A stretch of 64,000 nt of DNA from an uncultured Bacillota bacterium (GTDB lineage Bacteria; Sysuimicrobiota; Sysuimicrobiia; Sysuimicrobiales; Segetimicrobiaceae): contig CAWDRG010000009.1 of NCBI GenBank assembly GCA_963804645.1, positions 1,248,001-1,312,000 of the forward strand. Reading direction: 5' to 3'. Under the pieces are notes generated by a model. It searched no databases. It was not told the DNA's origin and saw only the letters and a program-made list of their open reading frames with translations. This document shows, in pieces, positions 8,729 to 18,742 of the stretch. Each line of letters opens with the position of its first letter. Positions within the stretch are counted from its first letter, which is position 1. The position numbers and the translations under genes are program-made.

Positions 8729-10368
8729 CCGAGACCGGGCGCGAGGCGGCGGGCACGCTCTACGAGGGCGGGTCCATTTACACCGGCGAAGAGGGCGCGC
8801 CGCGCGCGTCCGCGCTGGCCGTGCGGGGCGGGCGGATCGCCGCCATCGGGGAGACGCGGGAGCTGCGCGACGCCTTTCCCTGGTTTGCGCGCGTCCCGCT
8901 CGACGGCCGGACGGTCCTGCCGGCGTTCACCGACAGTCACATCCACGTGGCGGGGCTCGGCCTGTCGCTCCGTCAGGTGGATCTGCGCGGCGCCCGGTCG
9001 CTGCGCGAGGCCGCGGCGCGCGCCGGCGAGGCGGCCCGGACCGCGCGGCCGGACGAGTGGATTCGGGGAGTCGGCTGGGACAAGAATCTGTGGCCCGAGG
9101 GGCGGTTTCCGACGCGGGACGACCTCGATCTGCTGACCGGGGGCTGTCCCACGGCGCTGCGCAGCAAGGACGGCCACACGGTCTGGGTGAACTCCGCGGC
9201 GCTCGCGCTGGCCGGGATCACGCGCGAGACGCCGGATCCCGAAGGCGGCACGATCGTCCGTGATGCAAGGACGGGTGAGCCCACGGGCCTCTTGGCCGAG
9301 CGGGCGACGTATCCGGTGATCGCGCTGGCCGGACGCCCCTCCCCGGGCGCGCTGGAGCAGGCGATCGTGGATGCCTCCGCGATGCTGCACCGCGCCGGCG
9401 TCGCCGGCGTGCACGTCGTCGAGGGCGGCGACGTGCTCGCCGCGTTCCAGCGGCTGCGGGCGCGCGGGGTGCTCACCCTGCGCGTGTGCATGATGCTGCC
9501 CGAGGACGCCCTCGACGCGGCGATCACGCTCGGCGTGCGCAGCGGATTCGGCGACGAGACGCTCCGGCTGGGCGGCGTCAAGATCTTCTCGGACGGCGCG
9601 CTCGGCTCGCAGACGGCGAGCATGCTCGAGCCGTACGAGGGACAGCCGGAGAACTGCGGCGTGGTCGTCCGTACCCGCGAGCAGCTGCACGCGCTCGTCA
9701 CGCGGGCCGCGGCCGCGGGCATCGCCTCGGTCGTGCACGCGATCGGCGACCGCGCGAACCGGTGGGTGCTCGACGCGATCGAAGCCGCCCGTGAGGATTC
9801 GGCGCGATTTGGCCTCCGGCACCGGATCGAGCACGTCCAGGTGCTGCATCCGGACGACCTGCCGCGCCTCGCGCGCCTCGGCGTCGTCGCCTCGATGCAG
9901 CCGATCCACTGCACGCAGGACCGCGACATCGTGGACCGCTATTGGGGGGCGCGCGGCCGGTACGCGTACGCGTTCCGGTCGCTGCTCGCGTGCGGTACCC
10001 GCCTCACGTTCGGCTCCGACGCGCCGGTCGAAACGCCGGACGTGCTCGCGGGGATCCACGCGGCCGTCGCGCGGCGGCGCCCGAACGAACCCGACCGGCC
10101 GGCATGGCGTCCCGAGGAACGCCTCACGGTCGGCGAGGCGGTGCGTGCTTACACGGAGGGACCCGCATACGCGGCGGGGGAGGAGCGCGAAAAAGGCCAG
10201 CTGCGGGCCGGGTACGTCGCGGACTTCGTTGCGCTGTCGGCCGATCCGTTCACGGCGGATCCCGACGCGCTGGCGGACGTGCGGGCCGTGCTGACCGTCG
10301 TCGGCGGGGAGATGCGCTACGCGGGTCCGTCGGGAGTCGGCGGGTCTTCGTCCTCGTCGTCCCCGTAG
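8725..10368 (+). CDS. YtcJ-like amidohydrolase (Amidohydro_3)
   Basis: PAFTDSHIH, KIFSDGALGSQTA, HAIGDRA, RIEHVQ, GSDAPV. Confidence 0.9.
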   Translation: MTETGREAAGTLYEGGSIYTGEEGAPRASALAVRGGRIAAIGETRELRDAFPWFARVPLDGRTVLPAFTDSHIHVAGLGLSLRQVDLRGARSLREAAARAGEAARTARPDEWIRGVGWDKNLWPEGRFPTRDDLDLLTGGCPTALRSKDGHTVWVNSAALALAGITRETPDPEGGTIVRDARTGEPTGLLAERATYPVIALAGRPSPGALEQAIVDASAMLHRAGVAGVHVVEGGDVLAAFQRLRARGVLTLRVCMMLPEDALDAAITLGVRSGFGDETLRLGGVKIFSDGALGSQTASMLEPYEGQPENCGVVVRTREQLHALVTRAAAAGIASVVHAIGDRANRWVLDAIEAAREDSARFGLRHRIEHVQVLHPDDLPRLARLGVVASMQPIHCTQDRDIVDRYWGARGRYAYAFRSLLACGTRLTFGSDAPVETPDVLAGIHAAVARRRPNEPDRPAWRPEERLTVGEAVRAYTEGPAYAAGEEREKGQLRAGYVADFVALSADPFTADPDALADVRAVLTVVGGEMRYAGPSGVGGSSSSSSP

Positions 10369-10559
10369 TCCTCATCGAGCGCCGGCACATCGAGCGGTTC
10401 CGGCTCGTCGGCGTCGTCGTCCTCGCGCTCGATGAGGGTCTCCTCCTGGTACCCGCACTCGGGACATTCGTAGACGACGATCTCGCCGCGGACGTCCGCC
10501 GTGACGACCTCCATGTCTTCCTCGCACTCGGGACAGGGCTTCGTAAATGGGATGGACAT
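10317..10559 (-). CDS. Small zinc-ribbon protein with acidic tail
   Basis: CPEC...CPECG followed by a D/E-rich C-terminus; GGAGG upstream. Confidence 0.7.
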   Translation of the reverse strand: MSIPFTKPCPECEEDMEVVTADVRGEIVVYECPECGYQEETLIEREDDDADEPEPLDVPALDEDYGDDEDEDPPTPDGPA

Positions 10560-10672
10560 CGTCGCGGGTCCGGTTCGCGGCGCGGCCGGGGCCTCCTCCT
10601 GGCGCGTGGAGCCGGCGGAAACGGCGCGGGTCCGGGCGGACGCCCGGACCCGCCGCGCGCGCCCGTCACGCG

Positions 10673-11275
10673 TTAGCCGATGTGGTAGGCGTCCACGCGC
10701 TTCGCCACGACGTCCCAGTCGAGGAGATCGAAGAACTTGTCGAGGTAGGACGCTTTGCCGGTGCCGTAATCGATGAAGTACGCATGCTCGAAACAGTCGA
10801 GGGCGACGAGCAGCGAACAGTTCCAGATCGGGTACGTGTTTTGTTCGTCGCCGATGAAGTTGAACACCTGGCCGGCGTCCCAGTCGTAGGCCGTCCAGAC
10901 CCACCCCCGGGCCGCGACCGCGGTCGCCTTCATGTCGGCCTTCCACGCGTCGAACGATCCGTACGCCTTCTCGAGGAGGCCGTTGACCTTGCCCGACGGC
11001 TTGCCGCCCTTCCCACCGAGCAGCTCGAAATACAGCTCGTGGTTCTTGACGCCCCCGAGCGCGCGGGAGAGCTCGACTTTCAGCTCACGGAGCTCGGAGT
11101 ATGTGGGATTGGCCTTGGAGAGGTCCACCCCGCCGCTGGCGAGCCGGTCGAGGATCTCGTTCGACTTCCCGACGTAGCCCTGGTACAGCTTGTAGTGCTC
11201 CTCCATGGTCCTCTTGCTGATGCCGTTCAGCTCGACGTCGAACGCGCGAAACTTCTTCGCCTCGTACTTTGGCAT
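10673..11275 (-). CDS. Fe/Mn superoxide dismutase family protein
   Basis: H(YKLY), NHELYF, GWVW, DCFEHAY metal ligands; GAGGAGG RBS. Confidence 0.9.
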   Translation of the reverse strand: MPKYEAKKFRAFDVELNGISKRTMEEHYKLYQGYVGKSNEILDRLASGGVDLSKANPTYSELRELKVELSRALGGVKNHELYFELLGGKGGKPSGKVNGLLEKAYGSFDAWKADMKATAVAARGWVWTAYDWDAGQVFNFIGDEQNTYPIWNCSLLVALDCFEHAYFIDYGTGKASYLDKFFDLLDWDVVAKRVDAYHIG

Positions 11276-11379
11276 GCACGATCCCTCCTCTGGGCGTGAT
11301 ACGAGTGACGTGTCTTCCGGCGGGGATGTCGGGAGCACGTTGATTATACGTCCCGCGCACGCGCGCGGGCAAGTCGCGG

Positions 11380-11574
11380 TCAGATGTTCGGGGCGCCGTC
11401 CTCGCGCGTCACGTAGGCCTCTTTCGTGTACGTGCCGCGGCGGCCGCAGTGCGGGCAGGTATGGTAGTTCGCCGCGAACGTCGCCTTGGCGAAGTTGCGC
11501 GTCGCCATCCGGATCCCGGTGTCGAATTCGCGTCCGCACGTCTGACAGTGGACCAGCACCATGAGTCTCGCCAT
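11380..11574 (-). CDS. Small CxxC...CxxC zinc-binding protein
   Basis: CQTCG...CPHCG in 64 aa. Confidence 0.65.
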   Translation of the reverse strand: MARLMVLVHCQTCGREFDTGIRMATRNFAKATFAANYHTCPHCGRRGTYTKEAYVTREDGAPNI

Positions 11575-11581
11575 GCGCGGA

Positions 11582-11959
11582 TTACCCGTGCGCGCCGCGG
11601 CGGGTGCGGGCCGCGGCGATGTCGGCGCGGTGCCAGAGGCGGTACCGGCCGGTTCCGAAGATGGGGGCGGGAAGGTCCGCGGTGCCAGCGGGGTCGAGCA
11701 GCGACGCCGGCGGCACGCCGAGCATCTCGGCGGCTTCGACGACCGTGACAAAGTCGTCGCCGTCGCGCACGAGGCGGCATACCTCAGCCAGGAACGACGC
11801 GTCGGCCGCGGGCCGCGATAGGAAGAACTGGACCGCGCTGCCGCCGCTCGCGTGCGCCTGCTTCGTCAGGTTGGCGAACCGGCGCAACTCATCCGGGTAG
11901 CCCCGCAGGTGGGACAGCACGATGGCATCCAGATCGGGGGCGGCGACGTGTTCCGCCAG
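11582..11959 (-). CDS. Hypothetical protein with C-terminal AlpA/excisionase-like HTH (start uncertain, possibly CTG)
   Basis: VTVVEAAEMLGV...LPAPI..GRYRLWHRADI; AGGAGG upstream of a CTG. Confidence 0.55.
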   Translation of the reverse strand: MAEHVAAPDLDAIVLSHLRGYPDELRRFANLTKQAHASGGSAVQFFLSRPAADASFLAEVCRLVRDGDDFVTVVEAAEMLGVPPASLLDPAGTADLPAPIFGTGRYRLWHRADIAAARTRRGAHG

Positions 11960-12019
11960 CGCGGATCCCTCCTGCGCCTGCCAGGCGCCCGCCCGAACGC
12001 GTGCGGTCTGAGATCGTGG

Positions 12020-12106
12020 TGGTGCCGAAGGGGAGACTCGAACTCCCACAGGCTTTCGCCTACTACGCCCTGAACGTAGCGCGTCTGCCAATTCCGCCAC
12101 TTCGGC
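12020..12106 (-). tRNA. tRNA-Leu(CAG)
   Basis: GCCGAAG acceptor stem, CTACG-TTCAGGG-CGTAG anticodon arm, long variable arm, GTTCGAGTC T-loop, encoded CCA. Confidence 0.97.
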
Positions 12107-12190
12107 ACGCGGCGCTCGAGCGCAAATAGCATACTGGAGCCGGACAGACAGTGTCAAGCAACCGGCGCCGCGCGCGCCGCGCGGCGCGGC

Positions 12191-12874
12191 TCAGCGCGGT
12201 TGCCCGGGATCGTCCGCGAGCGCGGCGACCGTCTCGGCCAGGCGCGTGAGATCGGGGAGCACGCGGGTCGGCCGCACGTCTCCGAGCGGCTCCCCGTGGC
12301 GGTTGATGAAGACGGTGCGGAATCCGAGCGCGCCGGCGGGGACCATGTCGTGGTACAGGCTTGCGCCGACGTGCACCGTCCGGTCCGGGGCGGCGTGCGT
12401 CTGGGCCTGGAACCGTGTCCAGTGGGCCGAGGCCGGCTTGTAGCTGCCGGCGTCCTCCGCGGTGACGATCGCATCCGGCACGCTGCCGAGTTGCGCGATC
12501 GAGAGGGCCAGCAGGTCGCGATCGACGTTCGACAGGATCGCCAGCCGCCGGCCGGCCCGCCGCAGCGCCTGGAGAGCGACCGTGACTTCGGGAAACGGCC
12601 GCCAGCGCGCGAGCGATTCGGGCAGCACCCGCTCGCGGCCCTCCGGCAGCGGGTGGCCGAGGCTCCGCATCAACCTGGCGCTGGCCTCTGCGAGCACGTC
12701 GCGGTACGGCCGGTAGGCCTCGTGCTCGACTTCCGCTTCGACCGCGATGTAGCGGACGGCGAGCGCGCGTCGATCGACCGGCGGCGGCAGCAGCGGCACC
12801 AGCACGTCGGCGACCCCGCCCTCCCAGTCGATGAGGGTGCCGTAGCAATCGAAGGTGACCCATTCCACGGGCAT
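12191..12874 (-). CDS. HAD hydrolase (haloacid dehalogenase type II-like)
   Basis: TFDCYGTLIDW, ILSNVD, SYKP, HVGASLYHD. Confidence 0.9.
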   Translation of the reverse strand: MPVEWVTFDCYGTLIDWEGGVADVLVPLLPPPVDRRALAVRYIAVEAEVEHEAYRPYRDVLAEASARLMRSLGHPLPEGRERVLPESLARWRPFPEVTVALQALRRAGRRLAILSNVDRDLLALSIAQLGSVPDAIVTAEDAGSYKPASAHWTRFQAQTHAAPDRTVHVGASLYHDMVPAGALGFRTVFINRHGEPLGDVRPTRVLPDLTRLAETVAALADDPGQPR

Positions 12875-13063
12875 CGGCGCACACGTTCGGCGAACGCGGC
12901 GGGCAGTCCTGTGGATTCGGGCATCAACGTTTGTCCCCGTGCGTTCTTGGGTAAGTGTGAGGTACTTCTGCAGTGTTTCGGAGCGTGACGTCGCCGGCGG
13001 TGGTCGGGGCGACGCCGGGCGGCGGGATGCGGTGGTTGGACGAAGTGGCGGGGGGACGGGCAC

Positions 13064-13660
13064 ATGATGGCAGCCAATACCCACACCAAAGGGCAGGTGT
13101 GGCTCGATCGTCCGGCGATGATCAGCGGACTGCGGGTCACCGTGGTCATCTGGATGGCCGTGGCGCTCTCCGGATGGGCCGCCGCCTGGGCGGCGTACTC
13201 GCACACGCTGTCCGCGCAGCAGAGCGCCGCGCGCATGGCGTCGATCGCGGGGCTGACCCCGGTGTCCGGGCCCGGCGTCGAGGTGGTGCTGTCCGATTCC
13301 ACGCGCGCGCTCGCCCCGGGCGACAGTCCGAGTGAGCTGCTCGTGCAGGACAGCGACCTGGTGTTTCTCGAGATGGCACTGTGGTACGGGGGCGCCGAGG
13401 CCGTGGCGGTCAACGGCGTGCGGATCACCGCCAAGACGTCGATCGTCTCGGCGGGGCCCACGATCGTGGTGGACGGACACCGGCTGGTGGGGCCGTTCCA
13501 CATCACGGCCGTGGGAGATCCCAGGCTCCTGCGGGGTGTGCTGATGACCCGCGAAGGGTACGCGGCGCGGCTCCGCGAATTCGGGCTCAACCTGCAGATC
13601 GTCGACCGGCCCCACCTGACAGTGCCGGCCGCGGCAATGGGATCGTCCACCCAGCTCTAG
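13064..13660 (+). CDS. DUF881 family protein
   Basis: AGLTPVSGPGVEVVLSD, GAEAVAVNG.RI, PFHITAVGD. Confidence 0.85.
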   Translation: MMAANTHTKGQVWLDRPAMISGLRVTVVIWMAVALSGWAAAWAAYSHTLSAQQSAARMASIAGLTPVSGPGVEVVLSDSTRALAPGDSPSELLVQDSDLVFLEMALWYGGAEAVAVNGVRITAKTSIVSAGPTIVVDGHRLVGPFHITAVGDPRLLRGVLMTREGYAARLREFGLNLQIVDRPHLTVPAAAMGSSTQL

Positions 13661-13712
13661 CCCGCCGCCGCATCACGGGGCGGAACACGGCAGTCGGAGG
13701 AGGGGAGGAACT

Positions 13713-13976
13713 ATGGGGATCCTGGCCTGGATCGTGGTGGGCATCATCGCGGGGTGGTTGGGGAAGATGGTCGTCCCGGGGGAAGGCCCGGGAGGTATCC
13801 TCGGCGACTTGGTCGTCGGCATCGTCGGCGCGCTGATCGGGGGGTGGCTGTTCACGTCGTTTGGGCATGCGGGCGTGACGGGCATGAACATCGGATCGAT
13901 CATCGTGGCGTTCATCGGCGCGGTGATCCTGCTTTTGATCATGCGCGCGCTCACCGGGCGGCGTTCGGTCGCGTAA
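13713..13976 (+). CDS. GlsB/YeaQ/YmgE stress-response membrane protein
   Basis: WIVVGIIAGWLG...GIVGALIGG...IGAVILL. Confidence 0.92.
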   Translation: MGILAWIVVGIIAGWLGKMVVPGEGPGGILGDLVVGIVGALIGGWLFTSFGHAGVTGMNIGSIIVAFIGAVILLLIMRALTGRRSVA

Positions 13977-14074
13977 CGCCGTTCGGCGCGGCGTCGCCGC
14001 GCGGGTTCCGGACACGGGTCCCCGGCCTTCCAGGCCGAGGGCCCGTGTGCTGTGTGTGCGGGCCGTCGGCCGTG

Positions 14075-15346
14075 TTAGGGCCGTTCGGCCCGCGGCATGT
14101 TGAACGCGTGCAGGCTCGGCATCAGCCCGAGCGCGCACAGGGGCAGGATCGCGCCCGCGATGGCGAGTGCCACGGGGAGCCCGAGGACGGACGCCACCGC
14201 GCCGATGCCGAGTGCGCCGAGCTGGTTCAGCCCAAACGTCGCGTAGTACAGCCCGAGGACGCGGCCGCGCATGTCCTCGCGCGCGCTGACCTGCAGCACC
14301 GTCGCCATCGTCGCATCGTACGTGCTGCCCACGTACCCTACCAGCGTCACGAGCACGAGCGACGGGAGCAGCCACGGCGAGAGGCCGAACAGCATGACGC
14401 CCACGCCGAACGCGATCGCGGACGCCACCAGCACCGTCCCCGTGTGCGCCACGTCGCCGCGGGCCGCGACGCGCAGCGTCGCCGCCAGTTGGCCGACGCC
14501 GCCCATCGCCGCGAGGTAGCCGAGTCCAAGCGCGCCGACCTTGAGCACGTCGCGCGCCATGACCGGCAGCATGTACTGGTACGAGAAGCCAAACGACTCG
14601 ATCACCAAGCTGAGCCCGAGCAGCCCGCGGACCGCCGGCGCTCGCACCGCGTACCGCAGCCCCTCGCGCACGGCCGCGACGAGGGGTTCGGTGCTCCGCC
14701 GCAGCGGCCGGGGATTGTGGAGGGCGAACAGCGCGCCGATGCCGATCACGTACGCGGCGCAGATCACGAGGTAGTTCTGGCCGACCCCCGCGCGCGCGAT
14801 GATCGCGCCGCCCGCAAGCGCGCCGAGGATCCTTACGATGCTGCCGGCCATGAACTGAAACGCGTTGGCGTTCAGCAGGCGCTGTTCGCCGACGACGTCG
14901 TAGACAAGGCCGTTCGTCGTGGGCTTGCCGACCGCGAACGCGCAGCCGGCGAGCGCCGCGTAGAGCAGCACGTGCCAGAGCTGGACGCGCTGGGCGAGGA
15001 CCAGGACCGCGAGGGCGAGGGCAAGCGCGGCGGAGGCGGCCTGCGTGATCAGCAGCAGGGACCGCCTGGGCAGGTAATCGGCGAACGCGCCCCCGGCGAG
15101 ACTGAACAGGCATTGGCTCGCGCCCCGCACGCCCGCGGCGAGTCCGACCCAGAGCGGCGACTGCGTCAAGATGAGCACCAGCCATCCCTGGCTGATGAGG
15201 TCGACGGTCTGGGTCATCGACGTGCAGAGCGTATTGATCCACAGCCAGCCGTATCCGGGGGCGTCGAACGCGTGGGAGAAGCGGGTGGGCCGAGCGAGCC
15301 TCAGGGGCCATCCTCCACGGGGGGCTGCGCCCGTCGGCAGGCGCAC
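14075..15346 (-). CDS. MFS transporter (H+ antiporter / DUF894-like); start uncertain
   Basis: Multiple TM segments; GWLVLILTQSPLWVG, GGAFAD..PRR, MRGRVLG. Confidence 0.85.
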   Translation of the reverse strand: MRLPTGAAPRGGWPLRLARPTRFSHAFDAPGYGWLWINTLCTSMTQTVDLISQGWLVLILTQSPLWVGLAAGVRGASQCLFSLAGGAFADYLPRRSLLLITQAASAALALALAVLVLAQRVQLWHVLLYAALAGCAFAVGKPTTNGLVYDVVGEQRLLNANAFQFMAGSIVRILGALAGGAIIARAGVGQNYLVICAAYVIGIGALFALHNPRPLRRSTEPLVAAVREGLRYAVRAPAVRGLLGLSLVIESFGFSYQYMLPVMARDVLKVGALGLGYLAAMGGVGQLAATLRVAARGDVAHTGTVLVASAIAFGVGVMLFGLSPWLLPSLVLVTLVGYVGSTYDATMATVLQVSAREDMRGRVLGLYYATFGLNQLGALGIGAVASVLGLPVALAIAGAILPLCALGLMPSLHAFNMPRAERP

Positions 15347-15438
15347 GAGGCACTGGTTCTCGGAGAAGCGGTGCGCCGCCTGCCTTCCGACGGCGCTTTG
15401 CAGGGGTGTGGCGCCCGGGAGGCGTATAGACTAGGTGA

Positions 15439-15463
15439 CGAACGGTCCGGACTGGACCGTTCG
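15439..15463. promoter_or_regulatory. Palindromic operator candidate upstream of the sugar ABC operon
   Basis: CGAACGGTCC-ggact-GGACCGTTCG perfect 10-bp inverted repeat just after a TAGACT -10-like hexamer. Confidence 0.5.
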
Positions 15464-15489
15464 ATCTCAGTCAGAGGGGAGCGATCCTC

Positions 15490-16821
15490 ATGCAGACTTC
15501 GGGTTGGTTGAACGGTTCCATGAACCGCCGGACGCTGCTGCGGCGGACCGCGGCGGCCGGACTCGGGCTCGCGGCGCTGCGGGGAGCTTCAGGGCTCCTC
15601 GATCCCGCGGCGGCCTCGGCCGCGAATTTGACGCTGTCCTATCCGAGCTGGATGTTCAGCGAGCCGAGCACCGGGAAGTACTTCCGCGACATGAGCGCGG
15701 CGTACAGCCAGGCGCACCCGGACGTCAACATCGATCTGATCCAGCTGCCCGCGGGGCAGTACGTCGAGAAGATCTTTACCGAAGTCCAGGGCGGCCAGGT
15801 GCCCGACATTCTCCCGCTGTTCACGACGCAGATGCCGCAGTACATGCAGCTCGATCTGCTGGAGCCCCTGGATCCGTATCTCGACAAGTCGACGTTCAAG
15901 AGCAAGCTGCTGCCGCTCCAGCGGTTCGCGCAGAAGGGCGGCAAGAACTACGGCATCGTGCTGACGGCCTCGCCGCAGGGCCTGCTGATCAACCACCTGC
16001 TGCTCGAGAAGGCGGGGGTCCAGATTCCGACGAACCTCGACGAGCTCTATACCGCCGCGGACAAGATCTACAAGGCGACCGGCGTGTTCGGCTACGGCGT
16101 GCACACCGATACCTCCGCGATGCTGCTGTCGTACGTGTCGTGCATGCAGTGGATCTTGGGCAACGGCAGCGATTTCACCAAGGCCGACGGCACCATCACG
16201 TGCAACGCGAAGGCGACCGTCGAGGGCTTCCAGCAGATGATGCGGTTCGTGAACGCGCCGTTCGCGCCGAAGGGGCAGGGCTGGTACCAGCTGCGCGAGA
16301 TGTTCGCCGAGGGCAAGCTCGCGATGCTGTGGGACGGGCCGTGGGACCTCGGGCAGGTGAAGACGGTGAACCCGAACCTGTACCCGTACATCGACATGGC
16401 GCCGTGTCCGACCAAGACGCACGCCGCGATCACCGGCGGCGCGTTCTACGCGATTCTCCGGAAAGAGCAGAACAAGCAGGCGGTCTGGGACTACCTCGCG
16501 TTCGCCACGAGCGACGAGTGGCAGCGCCGCTGGATCGAAGTCGAGGTGCAGGTGCCCGGCATCGCGATCGAGCCGGCCGCCGCGTTTATTCGGACGAACC
16601 CCGGGTACCGCTACGTGACCGAGATCGCGGCGAAATACGCGACGGGATTCGGGTATCTGCCGCCCGGCTACGTGAACGTGGCGACCGCGCTGCAGACGAA
16701 GGTCATCGCGCACGTCGGCGACATCTGGTCCGGTACCAAGTCGCCGCAGGTCGGGATGGACGAGTGCCAGCGCGAGCTCGAAGCGTGGGCCAAGACGCTG
16801 CCCCCGGGTTCGCGGGACTAG
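15490..16821 (+). CDS. Carbohydrate ABC transporter substrate-binding protein (Tat signal)
   Basis: NRRTLLRR twin-arginine leader; F.EGKLAMLWDGPW SBP_bac_1 motif. Confidence 0.9.
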   Translation: MQTSGWLNGSMNRRTLLRRTAAAGLGLAALRGASGLLDPAAASAANLTLSYPSWMFSEPSTGKYFRDMSAAYSQAHPDVNIDLIQLPAGQYVEKIFTEVQGGQVPDILPLFTTQMPQYMQLDLLEPLDPYLDKSTFKSKLLPLQRFAQKGGKNYGIVLTASPQGLLINHLLLEKAGVQIPTNLDELYTAADKIYKATGVFGYGVHTDTSAMLLSYVSCMQWILGNGSDFTKADGTITCNAKATVEGFQQMMRFVNAPFAPKGQGWYQLREMFAEGKLAMLWDGPWDLGQVKTVNPNLYPYIDMAPCPTKTHAAITGGAFYAILRKEQNKQAVWDYLAFATSDEWQRRWIEVEVQVPGIAIEPAAAFIRTNPGYRYVTEIAAKYATGFGYLPPGYVNVATALQTKVIAHVGDIWSGTKSPQVGMDECQRELEAWAKTLPPGSRD

Positions 16822-16955
16822 ACGGTCCGCCGGCATGTGGGGTGAGGGCGTAGGCGGAGCACCGGGCCGGCGACGTTGAGGCAGCGGACGACCGCGGGCG
16901 CGGGATCGCTGCGATCCCGCGCCCCGCGGCGCGCTGAGGGGCGCGTGGCATCCCC

Positions 16956-17841
16956 GTGAGGCGCGAGCGGCGCGTGTTTGCGATCCTGCTGATGGCGCCC
17001 ACGGTAGTGTGGACGCTGATCGTGCTCGTCTATCCCATCGCGATCACGCTCCGGAACAGCGTGCACCGTGTCGGCACGGGGTTCGAGCCGCATCCTCCCT
17101 TCATCGGCCTCGCGAACTACGCCGCCCTCGTCCAGGATCCCGTGTTCTGGAAGGCCGTCCAGGTGACCGTGGAGTTCACGGTCGGCAACCTCGCCGGCTC
17201 GTTCGGGTTCGGACTCCTCACGCGCGCTCCTGCTGCAGCACCGGTTCTGGGGCCGCCCGGTCGCGCGCGCGATCCTGCTGCTGCCCTGGGCGATGCCCCA
17301 GGTCGCGGCGGTGGTGATCTGGCGGTGGCTGCTGGACACGCAGTACGGCGCGGCGAACTACATCTTGTGGCGCCTGCGCCTGTCGCCGACGCCGAGCATC
17401 CAGTGGCTGTCGAGGCCGAGCCTCGCACTGTACGCGGTCCTGATCGCGACCGTCTGGTGGCAGTATCCCATCGCGACGACGTTTCTCCAGGCAGGGATCC
17501 AGTCCGTCTCGCTCGACCTCTACGAGGCGGCCGGGATCGACGGCGCAAACGCGTGGCAGCGGTTCCGCCACGTAACGTGGCCCGGCCTGCAGCCCGTCCG
17601 AAACATCCTCCTCTTGATGCTGCTGTTTTGGTCGCTCGGTCAGGTGATCATCATCTGGGCGATGACCAACGGCGGGCCGGCGCGCGCGACGCAGACGCTT
17701 GCCATCCTAGTCTACACGCGCGCGTTCAACGACTTCGAATTCGGCAGCGCCTCGGCGCTCGCGACGATCGTCCTCGTGGTCTCACTCGCGATCGGCCTGC
17801 TGTACTACCGGCTGGTGATGCGCACCGAGCCGGTGGTGTAA
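16956..17841 (+). pseudogene. Carbohydrate ABC permease with +1 frameshift near 17222
   Basis: N-half FIGLANY and C-half LYEAAGIDGA are in different frames; removing one base gives GLLTALLLQHRFWGRPVARAILLLPWAMP. Confidence 0.85.
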
Positions 17842-17844
17842 CCG

Positions 17845-18708
17845 ATGCGGGCCTGGGGCGTCGCGCGGACGGCGGCGGTGCGAGCCTGGGGTGCCGCACG
17901 GCCGGTGGTGCTCTACACCGGGGTGGCGGTCGCCTGCCTGGTCGTGGGATTTCCTATCTACTGGATGGCGGCGAGCGCGCTCGAGCCGGGAAGCCTGTTC
18001 AACTTTCCGCCGAGCTTCTTTCCGCTGCACCCGGTCTGGTCGAACTTCACGCAGATCTTCACGATCAACCCGCTGGCGCACTGGCTCGCGAACAGCCTGT
18101 TCGTCGCAGCGGGCACGATGCTGTGCTCGGTCGCCCTCAGCATCCACGCGGCGTACGGAATGTCGCGGCTCCGGACCCGGCCCGTCGTCGCGCTCGGGTT
18201 TCTGATGCTCATCGGACAGATGATCCCCGTCACGGTCCTGACGATTCCGTTCTACATCTTGTTTAGCGAACTGCACCTGCTCGACACGCTCAGCGGCGTC
18301 GTCATCGCGACGACGACGTTCACGGTCCCGCTCTGCTTATGGATGCTCAAGGGATTCTTCGACGGCGTGCCCCGCGAGCTCGACGAGGCCGCGCTCACGG
18401 ACGGCTGCACCCGCTTGGGGTCCCTGTACCGCGTGGTGCTGCCGTCGGCCCTCCCCGGTGTCGTGGCCGCCGCGACCTTCGGCTTCATGACCGGCTGGAA
18501 CGAGTTCTTCTTCGCGAGTATTTTTCTGAGCACCGAGACGAAATGGGTCGGGACCGTGGGACTCGTGACTTACATGGGGCAGTACTTCGTCCAGTGGTCG
18601 GCGCTGATGGCCACGGCGTTCGTGATCTCGCTCGTGCCGGCGGTGCTCTTTCTGCGCACGCAGCGGTACATGATGGCGGGCATCACGCAGGGCGCGGTGA
18701 AGACATGA
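17845..18708 (+). CDS. Carbohydrate ABC permease
   Basis: ELDEAALTDG EAA loop; WNEFFFA; GAVK end. Confidence 0.92.
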   Translation: MRAWGVARTAAVRAWGAARPVVLYTGVAVACLVVGFPIYWMAASALEPGSLFNFPPSFFPLHPVWSNFTQIFTINPLAHWLANSLFVAAGTMLCSVALSIHAAYGMSRLRTRPVVALGFLMLIGQMIPVTVLTIPFYILFSELHLLDTLSGVVIATTTFTVPLCLWMLKGFFDGVPRELDEAALTDGCTRLGSLYRVVLPSALPGVVAAATFGFMTGWNEFFFASIFLSTETKWVGTVGLVTYMGQYFVQWSALMATAFVISLVPAVLFLRTQRYMMAGITQGAVKT

Positions 18709-18742
18709 GCGCGCGCCCGACGGCGCGCGGGGAGGAACGACG

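Noticed and set aside
11582..12106. Integrated element at tRNA-Leu
   Set aside because: An HTH gene is adjacent, but I found no duplicated tRNA-Leu 3' end and no integrase in the window.
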